The position numbers were made by a program, and so were the translations under genes. This document shows, one piece after another, positions 31,794-40,724 of a DNA stretch of 48,673 bases (position 1 is its first letter; each line of letters opens with the position of its first letter). Origin of the DNA: a virus. Under the pieces are notes generated by a model. That model was not told where the DNA came from. It saw nothing but the letters and a program-made list of their open reading frames with translations, and made no database searches. The stretch lies in the UHGV virus genome UHGV-0181052. One strand, written 5' to 3'.

Positions 31794-33400
31794 TTAGCCC
31801 CCTTCTTCGGCGCGCTGGCCTTCTTCTTGGCGATCGGCTTGTCTTCCTCCGGGTCTTTCTCTTCCGGCGGATTGTCCAGTCCCTGTTGGGTCTGTCGAGC
31901 GGCTGCGTTGAAGATCAGCTGCGTCTCTTCGGCCCCGTCTTTCAGCTCCTGCTCAACGTCCTCCAGGTCAACATCGTTCGGGATCAGGCCGATGCGCTGC
32001 TGCCACGCGAGGAAGTCGATCATACGCATCATCCCTGACTGCACCGCCGCCATGTAGGCCGTCAGTTCGGTCGGGTTCAGGACGATATCCTCATAGCGCT
32101 TGTTGATGTGGACGTTCGCGCCCTCGGTGCCGGTGAAGTCCTTCACCATCTCCATCGCCTGATTAAACGCCGCCTCGACGTTGCCGACGCACTGGGACAG
32201 GATCGAGTTGTCGGTTTTCTCATCCGCACCAGCCTGGGTGGCGGTCTTCGTCGCCCCGTTGCGCTCAACCAGCTTAGCGCCCAGCATAGCCAGCTGCTTC
32301 TCACGCTTCTCCAGCAGCGCAGCGGCCGGGGTGTTCGGTGGTGCCACGACCATGCTGGCTGTAGGCGTGCCGGTACCCATGGATTGCAGAATGATCGCTT
32401 CGTCACCGCCCACCTTGATGTTCGGGTTGTCCTTCTGGAAGTTCTGCGGGACACCGGCGATCACGAAGGTCGGCTGGCCGCAGATAAACGAGCTGTCAGT
32501 GTTGTCGGCGTCGGCGTTGTAGTGGGCGATGTTGGTGTTCGCGATGTCGGACAGCGGAGCCGGGTCAATGTCGCTGTCGTTCTTCTCGCTGCCGAACCAG
32601 CAAAACGGCAGGTAGTCGATGTGCTTCCCGCGGGCCATGATCGGGCGCAGTTCTGGCTCCTGCTGGTTCATGCTCCCGTTCTGCTGGATGACTGACGAAG
32701 GAAGACCGGCGGCACCCTGTAATTCATCCGTCCACAGGCGGGAATACGCCTTGCCATCCACCATGCGAAGCTCAAGGTAACGAACCACCTGATAGTGCTC
32801 GAAGCCGTCATAGTCGACGTCGTCCAGGTAGCGCAGCACAACCAGCGTGTACTTCCCGTTGCTCTTGCGCCAGTTGATGATCTGCCGGTGGTCGAACATG
32901 CGGATGGTCACGCGGCCGCTGTTGACCAGCGTAGTCACCTGCCCGACGTCCTCCGGGGAGTCATAATCGACCAGCAGTCCACCACGACCGAAGGTGATGT
33001 TCTGCGCTACGCACATTCGCACCAGCTGATCCATATCCAGCCCTTCGCCGTCGATGTCGGTCGACAGGTAGTCGATGGCCGTCGGCAAGGTGTAGGTGGC
33101 CGGTTTTGCGAACGCGATGCCGACCATACCCATCTGCGTGCGGTAGGTGGCGTTGAGGAAGTGGGCGCGGCGCTTGTACGCGTTGTAACGCTTCATTGTC
33201 CATGCTTCGGGCTTCGGCAGATACAGGACACCGGCGCGCTTGATGACCGTCTGCCCTGCCACGCAGTCCTCAATGGTGCGGTATTCCTGGTTGAACCGCT
33301 TATAGAGCGGGTGTTCGGTGGATACCGTCCCCGCCTGCGGCAGTGTCGTGATCGTCATATCATCGTACCCATTCAATATTATTTGCTGAGATCGTGCCAT
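31790..33400 (-). CDS. portal protein
   Basis: 536 aa, downstream of TerL, with an acidic C-terminus. An alternative start ATG at 33358 sits 1 nt past the TerL stop. Confidence 0.8.
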   Translation of the reverse strand: MARSQQIILNGYDDMTITTLPQAGTVSTEHPLYKRFNQEYRTIEDCVAGQTVIKRAGVLYLPKPEAWTMKRYNAYKRRAHFLNATYRTQMGMVGIAFAKPATYTLPTAIDYLSTDIDGEGLDMDQLVRMCVAQNITFGRGGLLVDYDSPEDVGQVTTLVNSGRVTIRMFDHRQIINWRKSNGKYTLVVLRYLDDVDYDGFEHYQVVRYLELRMVDGKAYSRLWTDELQGAAGLPSSVIQQNGSMNQQEPELRPIMARGKHIDYLPFCWFGSEKNDSDIDPAPLSDIANTNIAHYNADADNTDSSFICGQPTFVIAGVPQNFQKDNPNIKVGGDEAIILQSMGTGTPTASMVVAPPNTPAAALLEKREKQLAMLGAKLVERNGATKTATQAGADEKTDNSILSQCVGNVEAAFNQAMEMVKDFTGTEGANVHINKRYEDIVLNPTELTAYMAAVQSGMMRMIDFLAWQQRIGLIPNDVDLEDVEQELKDGAEETQLIFNAAARQTQQGLDNPPEEKDPEEDKPIAKKKASAPKKGAK

Positions 33401-34751
33401 TATGCACGACAGGGAACTTATAGACCACCGGATAGGTGCCTGCGTCGTTCATGTGATCCTTCCCGGCCTCTTTGTCCGGCTTGCCCTTGTCATCGTAGAT
33501 CTGCTGCTCCAGACACTCGACGAATTGCGGGCAGCGCTTGCTGCTGACGAACAGGCGACGTCGTCCGCTGGCGTTGCAGAACAGGGTGTTCGCGCTGATT
33601 ACCCTGTCCTTCACCGCTGGGTTAGCCAGACCACAGTAGACGTCGAAACCGGCGCTCATGAGCATCGACAGGTCGGACATACTGGCGTTCTTGCTGCTGG
33701 TGTTGCCGCCGGACGCATCCGGGTAGACCTCGATCGGGTGGACGTAGCCGTTGCCCGGGTTCTGGTACTTCTCGACCAGCCAGCGGATGACGTCAGGGGT
33801 GTCGATGCCGTTGTGCCGCTCATCCACGGCGTGCAGTTCGGCCAGACCATCCTCGCCATAGCGCTCGACGTAGACGACGGTCGCCATCTTGTTAACGTTG
33901 AAGTCCTGGCCGACGATCAGCGTCTCCCCGGGGATGATCTCCACGTCGGTATCGTTCAGCTCGCGCTTAAAGTTCTTATAGACCGTGCCCGATTTCAGGT
34001 TGACGAATTGCCCCTTCGCATAGGCCTCGAAGCGCTGCGGGTCGTAGCTGGCGCGCAGGGCGTCCAGGTAGTCGGCAGGCAGGAAGGGGTTGGATGAGGT
34101 GGCGGCCTGGATCATGAGGTAACCGGCCTTGCGGCTGCGCTCCTTGTCCTTCGCCCAGCGGCCATACAGGAAGTTGAATCCCTCGGGCGTGCAGTAGGCG
34201 CTAACCCTGTTCAGCGGGCGGTCATCGGGCAGGAAGTCGAACGGAACATACTCCTTCGGTGACTGACGACAGCGGGCGATGGCTGCGCGCCAGACCCCTT
34301 TGGCCGCCTCTTTCTTGAGGGTGTCGATCTCATCGCAGTGGATGCGGAACGCCTCCCACCCGACCAGGCGAGCCGGGTTGTCCATGGAGCGAAACAGGAA
34401 GTCACCGATCCCGCCGTGGGAGGTGTAGATCTCCTTGTTGCCGACGGTCTTAAAGCGAATGCCCAGTTCGGAGAGGATCTGCTCGATGCGCGGCACGGCA
34501 ATCAGCTTGCACAGGTCGAACGTTGGCTCAAGAATGGCGATCGTGGCATCTGCTCCACCCTCTGAGGCGTCGAGCACGGACGACACGGCCATGGTCTGGC
34601 TCTTGCCGGTACCGAAGCCCGCCACGAATGCCGGGTGTTTGCACGACAATTGCAGAAAATCGTTCTGCGGTGGTGTAAGTGTCAGGTCAATGAATTGACT
34701 GGCGTCGGATTGGATAGACATAAAAAAGCCCCGTTGTGTTAACGGGGCCAT
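33360..34751 (-). CDS. terminase large subunit
   Basis: Walker A GFGTGKSQT and ATPase plus nuclease halves. Alternative start ATG at 34721, immediately after the hairpin. Confidence 0.9.
   Translation of the reverse strand: MAPLTQRGFFMSIQSDASQFIDLTLTPPQNDFLQLSCKHPAFVAGFGTGKSQTMAVSSVLDASEGGADATIAILEPTFDLCKLIAVPRIEQILSELGIRFKTVGNKEIYTSHGGIGDFLFRSMDNPARLVGWEAFRIHCDEIDTLKKEAAKGVWRAAIARCRQSPKEYVPFDFLPDDRPLNRVSAYCTPEGFNFLYGRWAKDKERSRKAGYLMIQAATSSNPFLPADYLDALRASYDPQRFEAYAKGQFVNLKSGTVYKNFKRELNDTDVEIIPGETLIVGQDFNVNKMATVVYVERYGEDGLAELHAVDERHNGIDTPDVIRWLVEKYQNPGNGYVHPIEVYPDASGGNTSSKNASMSDLSMLMSAGFDVYCGLANPAVKDRVISANTLFCNASGRRRLFVSSKRCPQFVECLEQQIYDDKGKPDKEAGKDHMNDAGTYPVVYKFPVVHNGTISANNIEWVR
34722..34748 (-). 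terminator. strong intrinsic-terminator-like hairpin at the very start of terL
   Basis: Minus strand: GCCCCGTT-AACAC-AACGGGGC followed by T6, then ATG (34721). Confidence 0.65.
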
Positions 34752-34767
34752 GATAGCAGTTGTCAGG

Positions 34768-34977
34768 CTATGAGAGCACGCGGAGGAATGCCGTGTACCG
34801 CGTGGCGATGTGCGCCACCCCTACCAGGAGGAAGACGGCCAGCACCAGCTTGGTGATCTGGCTGACCGGGTTAGCCTTGAGGCGTTCCCTGTCCATTGCC
34901 GCCATATGGATCGCGATCATCGCGACAGCTGTAACCAATGCCAACCACACACCCATTACGATCCCCATCATAACCAC
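34768..34977 (-). CDS. small membrane protein (2 predicted TM helices)
   Basis: 69 aa with two hydrophobic stretches. It lies between the coiled-coil gene and terL. Confidence 0.4.
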   Translation of the reverse strand: MVMMGIVMGVWLALVTAVAMIAIHMAAMDRERLKANPVSQITKLVLAVFLLVGVAHIATRYTAFLRVLS

Positions 34978-35055
34978 CTCGCTGTAAGCCTGATTAAAGC
35001 CTATCAGCCAGCCACTTCGGTAATCAACCGCCTAAATGGTACAAAGTGTAAGCAA

Positions 35056-35268
35056 TCAGACCAATCCGAAGGCCCGGATGAAGCCTGCTGCGATGAACGC
35101 CCAGCAAGACCAGTGGAACACGTCGCCAGCGATGCCGAAGGTTCGTGCCATCCTGAGCATACGCTTGTCACTTCCTGCGCCGATATCCAGGGCCACTGAC
35201 CAGCCTTTGCAGCAGAGGAAGCAGAGAAGGCAGAGAACGGCGCTAATGATTGGGTAGTACGTTTGCAT
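35056..35268 (-). CDS. small membrane protein (2 predicted TM helices)
   Basis: 70 aa: MQTYYPIISAVLCLLCFLCCKGW...WSCWAFIAAGFIRAFGLV. Confidence 0.4.
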   Translation of the reverse strand: MQTYYPIISAVLCLLCFLCCKGWSVALDIGAGSDKRMLRMARTFGIAGDVFHWSCWAFIAAGFIRAFGLV

Positions 35269-35282
35269 TGGGTAGCCTCATT

Positions 35283-35298
35283 GGCCCCCGTAGGGGCC
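35283..35298. repeat. GC hairpin GGCCCCCGTAGGGGCC between the coiled-coil gene and the membrane-protein gene (copy 2)
   Basis: Identical 16-mer (17-mer including the following G). Confidence 0.7.
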
Positions 35299-35308
35299 GG
35301 TAGGTGGA

Positions 35309-36910
35309 TTATTTGCGCATCTTCGAAAGGATATCAACAACTGCCTGATTCAGGTCTTTAATCTCATCCCTGATGACTTCACGGATGGCGGCCTTCATTT
35401 CGTCGCTGAACGTCACCTTGCTGGCCGGGATGCAGCCGTTCATGATCACCGCGCTATCCTTGACCATGGCCCAGCCACGAGCAGACGGCAGGACGTACTC
35501 CTTCACCGGCTCATTGCTCACAACTACATCGTCTTTCAGCTTGGTGACCTTCAACGTGCCGCACATGGTCTGCTGGCCGTCGATGTCCACCGTACTCACC
35601 TTCACCTTCGCCTTCACCAGCGAAAGCAGTTGCTCGTTCGTGTACACAACGGCGCAGGTGTCGGTGTAGCTCTTCGCCCACAGCACCCAGGCGTCGCGCT
35701 GTGCTGCGATGGCCTTCACGGTTGCTTCCAGCGTCTCAATACGCTCCTTGCGTTTCAGCATCACTGAGCCGATGGCCTTACGCTGCGCATCCATCGACAT
35801 ATTGGATGGTGAGCAGATGATGTCGTTTGCCCAGCTCTTCCAGTTGGTAAGCATCTTGTCCATCTGTTCAACTTCGTTTCGCAGTGCGTCGACCTTGCGC
35901 GCCTGACACTTCAACGTGTGTTGGTCAACGGCCGTTCCCGCTTTCAGGTCTTCGGCAAGCTGTTTGTAGTTGGCGATCTCCAGACCAGCGTCAGCCAGCT
36001 TGGTAGCCAGCTCGCGGTTCTCACCCTCAAGCAGGGTGATGCGTTGCAGCAGGGCGTTCTCCTGCGCCTCAGCGTGTGATCGAATGTTCGAATACACAGC
36101 CGCCGACTGCACAACCTCACCGTCTAACCGGCGCTTGAGGTCTGCGATCTGCAATCGTGCATTAGCCAGGCGCGTCACGACGTCATCCCGCTGCTTAGTC
36201 AGTGCCTGTGCGTCATTGGTGAGCGCAACGCAACGCCGTGCTGCTGCGCCCAGTTCGCGGCGGTAGTCGTCGGCGAGATGGGTCAGGCGCTCACGCTGCT
36301 TTTTCAGGTCGTTGACCTCACAGGCCAGTTGGTTAGCCTGCTGCCCGTTCTTGTCGCGCTGGCGCACCAGGTCGACGATGGTCTGATCGAGGTGCTCGGT
36401 GCGCTTTTTCAGGCTGTCGTTGGCTTCGTTCAGGGACTTGATTTCTTCCGCTGCGTTGCGGTTGAGGTTGATCACGCCTTCGCGTTCACTTTTCAGCCTG
36501 GCCGACTCGTTGCGAGACGACTCAATGGCCGCTTTCAGGATGATGCGCAGTTGATCGTCATTGGTGACGCTTGTCGGGTAGGTGACGAAGAAACGATCCA
36601 GGATGTGGCGGGTGAATGTGCGCCAGTCTTCCAACTTGCCAGCTGCAACACCGAGGTCTTCGGCGCGTTCGTCGAGGCGTCCCACAAGCGTCTCCTTCTC
36701 CTTCGCCAGCAACTCAACGGCGTCGGTCAGGGCACGCAGGGTGCCAACCTTGATCTTCACGTGCTGCTCGGTGCCACGGCCGTAAAGCTCGATGTCGATG
36801 ACCCTTGCGAGTCTGACGTTATTCTCAGTGCTGCCGCTGCTGTCTGCGCAAGCGAGAACGCCGCTAACTGGTGCCGGTGCCGGGGAGGTGAACTTTAATG
36901 ATTCAGTCAT
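35309..36910 (-). CDS. long coiled-coil protein (533 aa) of unknown function
   Basis: Central roughly 300 aa are heptad-rich (LKKRTEHLDQTIVDLVRQRDKNG...). The ends are globular. No ATPase motif. Confidence 0.6.
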   Translation of the reverse strand: MTESLKFTSPAPAPVSGVLACADSSGSTENNVRLARVIDIELYGRGTEQHVKIKVGTLRALTDAVELLAKEKETLVGRLDERAEDLGVAAGKLEDWRTFTRHILDRFFVTYPTSVTNDDQLRIILKAAIESSRNESARLKSEREGVINLNRNAAEEIKSLNEANDSLKKRTEHLDQTIVDLVRQRDKNGQQANQLACEVNDLKKQRERLTHLADDYRRELGAAARRCVALTNDAQALTKQRDDVVTRLANARLQIADLKRRLDGEVVQSAAVYSNIRSHAEAQENALLQRITLLEGENRELATKLADAGLEIANYKQLAEDLKAGTAVDQHTLKCQARKVDALRNEVEQMDKMLTNWKSWANDIICSPSNMSMDAQRKAIGSVMLKRKERIETLEATVKAIAAQRDAWVLWAKSYTDTCAVVYTNEQLLSLVKAKVKVSTVDIDGQQTMCGTLKVTKLKDDVVVSNEPVKEYVLPSARGWAMVKDSAVIMNGCIPASKVTFSDEMKAAIREVIRDEIKDLNQAVVDILSKMRK

Positions 36911-36987
36911 TTTGATGTCCTGTGCAGTAGGGGCAGGATTGCCCGGCCCCTATATTCCTGCGCAGTCATAGATATGTCAAGCAGTAT

Positions 36988-37485
36988 TTAGTCGTCACCC
37001 CAGTCGACCGCCTCGGACTCCTCGCGCGGCTTCTCCTCCTTCGGCCGCTCGCTGACGATCTTCAACCGCACCGGCTTGTTGGCGTCACCGGTCACGACGA
37101 TCTCAGTGTTGTCGCGGTAGCCGAAGTTCGCTTTCAGCATGAAGGTCGCGAAAGTACTGTTCGTGGCGAATCCAATATTCAGAATCATCTGCTCGTAAAG
37201 CTCGCGCGCCTGCGTGTAAGCGACAGCAAATTCCTTATGCTTCGAACGCCAGTCATGAAACGTCGTCGTCGTGATGCCGATGCTTTCACAGAAATTGAGA
37301 ATAGACGGCATGTGCTTCGGGTTGATGCGGATGTTGCTCTTACCGGCTGTCGTGTGTGAGTGCTGGATATAGTCATCAACGTCGACCCGGAAGTATTCAA
37401 GGAGTTTTTCCGGCATATCCTCGGTGTAACTGGTTGGTCTGCCGACTGGGTTCCGCGGTGTCGTCACCTTCACCTTGTCAGTCAT
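36988..37485 (-). CDS. terminase small subunit (putative)
   Basis: 165 aa, first gene of the leftward late unit, with an N-terminal HTH-like region and an acidic tail. The assignment rests partly on position. Confidence 0.55.
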   Translation of the reverse strand: MTDKVKVTTPRNPVGRPTSYTEDMPEKLLEYFRVDVDDYIQHSHTTAGKSNIRINPKHMPSILNFCESIGITTTTFHDWRSKHKEFAVAYTQARELYEQMILNIGFATNSTFATFMLKANFGYRDNTEIVVTGDANKPVRLKIVSERPKEEKPREESEAVDWGDD

Positions 37486-37549
37486 GTTGTTTTTCCTCTT
37501 TCAAGTGGCTCTGCCTCAGTTTACCCCTATACGGCATGGTGGGGAGAAT

Positions 37550-37582
37550 AAAAACGCGCAGCCACTGCGTAGCGCTTTTTTC
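37550..37582. terminator. GC-rich imperfect hairpin flanked by A5 and T6 (bidirectional terminator-like), upstream of terS
   Basis: AAAAACGCGCAGCCACTGCGTAGCGCTTTTTT. Confidence 0.35.
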
Positions 37583-37645
37583 TTCCCCCATGTGCGTAAG
37601 GGTGTACGTGTTTCTGTAATTATATGGGTTTTATATATAATAGGG

Positions 37646-37810
37646 ATACCACCTAACACCCGAAATTAATCCTTTCATATCAGTAGCTTGCGAACGTCAG
37701 GAAGTGAGGTGTTTCGACATCTCCACCTGAATTAATCCTTTCGCATCAATCACTTAGTATTTTCACCGCTCGAAGCACGGCAAAATGCCTCCACCCGAAA
37801 TATTGCTGAC
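37646..37810 (+). repeat. iteron-like direct repeats in the divergent control region (candidate origin of replication)
   Basis: Copy A GAAATTAATCCTTTCATATCA at 37662-37682. Copy B GAATTAATCCTTTCGCATCA at 37730-37749. Each is preceded by CCACCT. A third partial copy CCACCCGAAATATTGC lies at 37791-37806. Confidence 0.55.
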
Positions 37811-37989
37811 ACTGTACACGCACTTTTTGTGCTCAATTTGTGTACAGCGATTCTGTGGATAACTTTTCCCCAGTCGATTGATTTCACTGGAAAATATAAT
37901 ATTGATACGGGGGAGTCCCTATCTGTTGTGTTTACATACTGTATAAGCGCTCAAAGTCCTCCCTGTTTTCAGGTGGAAAGTAATTGCTA

Positions 37990-38021
37990 TTGACACGGTA
38001 TTACTCGCCGTTAATAATACC
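37990..38021 (+). promoter_or_regulatory. early promoter P_rep with dyad
   Basis: TTGACA 37990-37995, 16-17 nt, TAATAAT. The dyad is GGTATTA / TAATACC. The UTR ACCCGAACC is related to those of P1 and P2. Confidence 0.65.
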
Positions 38022-38044
38022 CGAACCAAATCAGGAGGAAAACG

Positions 38045-39706
38045 ATGAACGAAGAGAACAAAAGGCCGATGACGCCAGACGACTGGAAGGCGTTGCTGGG
38101 CGATCAGGAGAAACAGCACGAAGCGGCGGACATTCTCAACCAGCCGATGACCCGCGAGGAAGAGGACGAAGCCTACTCGCAGGAAATGGCCGATATGCAG
38201 GCGTACTTCGACCAGGTAGCACGTGCTGAGGTGGAGGCACTCGAACAGGAGGAAGATGTAGCGCCACCTGCTCCACCTGAACCACCTAAGCAGAAGAAGA
38301 AAGACGCCGGACAGCGCCACCTTGAGCTGCAACGCATCGTTCGCGAGGAGAATGAAAAGCAGAATCTCGGCATGGACTTATCCGCCCAGCGCGTTGAGGT
38401 GGCAAAGCGTCTCGCTGAGGAAGTCGAGCAGGGTCTGGTTGAAGATCCTGCACTGAAAGACTACGACCCGGGCGAGTACGTGCTGAACACCTCGCCGGAC
38501 TTCTACGACCCGGTGATCGAAGGCCTGCTGAACCGCCGAACCATCAACGAGATCAACGGTGATGCAGGCGCGGGCAAGACGACGCTGCTGGTGCAAATGG
38601 CCGTCAGCCTCGCCATGGGTCGACCGCTGTTCAACTGCTTCCGCGTGTGTAACCCGGGTGTCAGCGTGTTCTTCACCGAAGACCCGGACAGCGTCGAGTT
38701 GCAGGTGGCCGCCTGGTCGCTGCGCACTGGCGTGAATCTTCGCGACTGGATCAAGGTGTTCAAGCGGCCGGCCGATCTGATGGAGCCGGGTAAGCTGCGC
38801 ATCCAGAAGAGTCGCGTGTTGCAGTTCGCCAACGGCAGGCCGGTGAATCTGGTCATCTTCGACAGCAAAATGTTCCACCTGGCCGCAGCCAACAACAACG
38901 GCGTGAGCATGGACGAGAACAGCAACACCGACCAGCAGTTGATCACCACCGCCGGGCACCGGTTCGCTGAGTCCCTCAACTGCGCCGGGATCTTCATCCC
39001 GCACGTCAGCAAGGGAAGCCTGATGTCCGGCCAGTACGACCTTGAGTCTCGTGGTGGATCGGCAGCGAAGGGCGCGGTGTATAAAACGTTCAGCCTGGTG
39101 CGCGAGAAGACGCAGACCGGCAAGGGGTTGAACGCCCGCCAGAAGGAGACAGGCTACACTGTCCTGAACGTCGGCAAGAGCCGCCAGGGCGGGTTGAAGG
39201 GGCGCTTTAAGCTCAAAGGCTTTCAGGTGCCGGTATTCGCGAAGGACGTTGAGGCGAAGAAGAAAAGCACGTATGAGAAGAAGCTCGCACCGGGTCAGGA
39301 GGTCGATCGGCCAGACTTCATCTACATCGACGACGCCACGAAGGTATGGCTGTTCGAAGACCGCGTTTACGATATGGACGCCGGTTCAGAGGATGAGCAT
39401 TTTGAACCGGAAGAGAAGCGTCAGGCGCACGTGTACACGCCATTGCAGGAGGCTGTTTATTCGCTGCTGAGGGCTGAGCCGCATGGCACCGCGCCGTACA
39501 AGGAGATCCTGCACCGTATCAGCTCCACGGTGTTCAAGGCCGACGGCTCGCCGTATTCCCGGGAGTCAGTGCGCGACGCAATTTACAAAATGGCTGAGCT
39601 GGGGCACCTGAGCAAAGAGGCTAACCCACACGAAGCCCGTAACCCGTATTACACGATCAAAGATGCCGTTCCCCCGCTGATGGGTAGCTGCCGTGATAAC
39701 CACTGA
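38045..39706 (+). CDS. replication protein: RecA-like (AAA_25 / DnaB-type) ATPase with C-terminal winged-helix domain
   Basis: Walker A NGDAGAGKTTLLVQMA, Walker B VNLVIFDS. The C-terminal wHTH-like region is YSLLRAEPHGTAPYKEILHRI. The gene is driven by the P_rep promoter and preceded by iteron-like repeats. Confidence 0.75.
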   Translation: MNEENKRPMTPDDWKALLGDQEKQHEAADILNQPMTREEEDEAYSQEMADMQAYFDQVARAEVEALEQEEDVAPPAPPEPPKQKKKDAGQRHLELQRIVREENEKQNLGMDLSAQRVEVAKRLAEEVEQGLVEDPALKDYDPGEYVLNTSPDFYDPVIEGLLNRRTINEINGDAGAGKTTLLVQMAVSLAMGRPLFNCFRVCNPGVSVFFTEDPDSVELQVAAWSLRTGVNLRDWIKVFKRPADLMEPGKLRIQKSRVLQFANGRPVNLVIFDSKMFHLAAANNNGVSMDENSNTDQQLITTAGHRFAESLNCAGIFIPHVSKGSLMSGQYDLESRGGSAAKGAVYKTFSLVREKTQTGKGLNARQKETGYTVLNVGKSRQGGLKGRFKLKGFQVPVFAKDVEAKKKSTYEKKLAPGQEVDRPDFIYIDDATKVWLFEDRVYDMDAGSEDEHFEPEEKRQAHVYTPLQEAVYSLLRAEPHGTAPYKEILHRISSTVFKADGSPYSRESVRDAIYKMAELGHLSKEANPHEARNPYYTIKDAVPPLMGSCRDNH

Positions 39707-39710
39707 GGAA

Positions 39711-39929
39711 ATGACCATGACTATGATTTGCCACGTTACAAGCATCCCGGCCCTTCTCGAAAAAGCGGGCAGTATGCGCAAGCTGACCACCAAGACCGGC
39801 CTGAACACCATGACCATCCTGAAATTCCGGGACGATCATAACTGCGAGCGTCACGCGATCATTAACGGCCGGTTGATGACCTGGCGCGAGACATCCTCCG
39901 CAGATTTCAAAGAATTCATTAAAGAGTAG
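39711..39929 (+). CDS. hypothetical protein
   Basis: Start uncertain (ATG at 39711 or 39717, GAGGA upstream). Confidence 0.45.
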   Translation: MTMTMICHVTSIPALLEKAGSMRKLTTKTGLNTMTILKFRDDHNCERHAIINGRLMTWRETSSADFKEFIKE

Positions 39930-39940
39930 TGTAAGCAGTA

Positions 39941-39969
39941 TTGACACGATGCGGCCCCTATAATATATT
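39941..39969 (+). promoter_or_regulatory. promoter-like element
   Basis: TTGACA 39941-39946, 17 nt, TATATT. Confidence 0.4.
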
Positions 39970-40014
39970 TATCGAACAGGCAGTAACTAACCGATAAATT
40001 CAAGGGGTCGCAAA

Positions 40015-40674
40015 ATGTCTAAATCAGCTATCAAATATCTTACCGCCGCTAACGAAATTCTCTCCGCGCTGGATCTGACCATCGGTAACCCGGCCAGCTG
40101 GATGACAAACGAGCAAGCCCGCAGCCAGTTCAAGAACTCCGACCTGCTGGCCTGCCTGATCATCGACTCCGCAGCGAACGCCCTGATCTGCGAAAACGTC
40201 GACACCCTTGACGAAACCATGTACGACGATATGCAGCAGGCGATCGAAGGTTACATTTCCTCTAACCTCGACGACTGGAACCAGGCAGAGTGGAAAGCTA
40301 ACGCCAGCCTGTGCGACGTGAAAGCGCTGCTGTCTAAGCTGCTGGACGCCGTTGAAGGCCAGCGTGTCTACGCAGCCCGTCAGGAAGCGCATGCCGAAGC
40401 GCTGGTGGTTAACGACATCGTCGACCATGCCATTATGGTGACTCGCTGCTACTCCGACCTGGACAGCCTGACTCATGCCAGTATTCAGCACGCCGTTGAC
40501 TACGCCCGTCAGGAGTTGCTCGCCCTCAACCGTTACCCGGCCCGCTTCATCGTCAAGATGATGATCAGCGTTCGCCGCCTGGCCGGGCTGGCAAGAGAGC
40601 AGGCCCAAAAGGAATACCGCGAAATGATGGCCCGCCCGCGCGTGACGGGGATCGATAGCGAGCTGCCTTTTTGA
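40015..40674 (+). CDS. hypothetical protein (219 aa)
   Basis: Own promoter-like element 39941-39969. RBS AAGGGG. Confidence 0.6.
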   Translation: MSKSAIKYLTAANEILSALDLTIGNPASWMTNEQARSQFKNSDLLACLIIDSAANALICENVDTLDETMYDDMQQAIEGYISSNLDDWNQAEWKANASLCDVKALLSKLLDAVEGQRVYAARQEAHAEALVVNDIVDHAIMVTRCYSDLDSLTHASIQHAVDYARQELLALNRYPARFIVKMMISVRRLAGLAREQAQKEYREMMARPRVTGIDSELPF

Positions 40675-40683
40675 TAAATATTG

Positions 40684-40724
40684 TTGACTCTATGTGCTTG
40701 GGTGTATATAGTGTTTATACACCC
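40684..40724 (+). promoter_or_regulatory. promoter-like element with palindrome
   Basis: TTGACT 40684-40689, 17 nt, TATAGT. The palindrome is GGGTGTATA-TAGTGTT-TATACACCC. Confidence 0.5.

Noticed and set aside
34721-34751. Whether terL starts at 34751 or 34721
   Set aside because: Neither start has an SD. The hairpin occupies codons 2-10 of the longer form. The call is left unresolved and the longer ORF is reported with a note.
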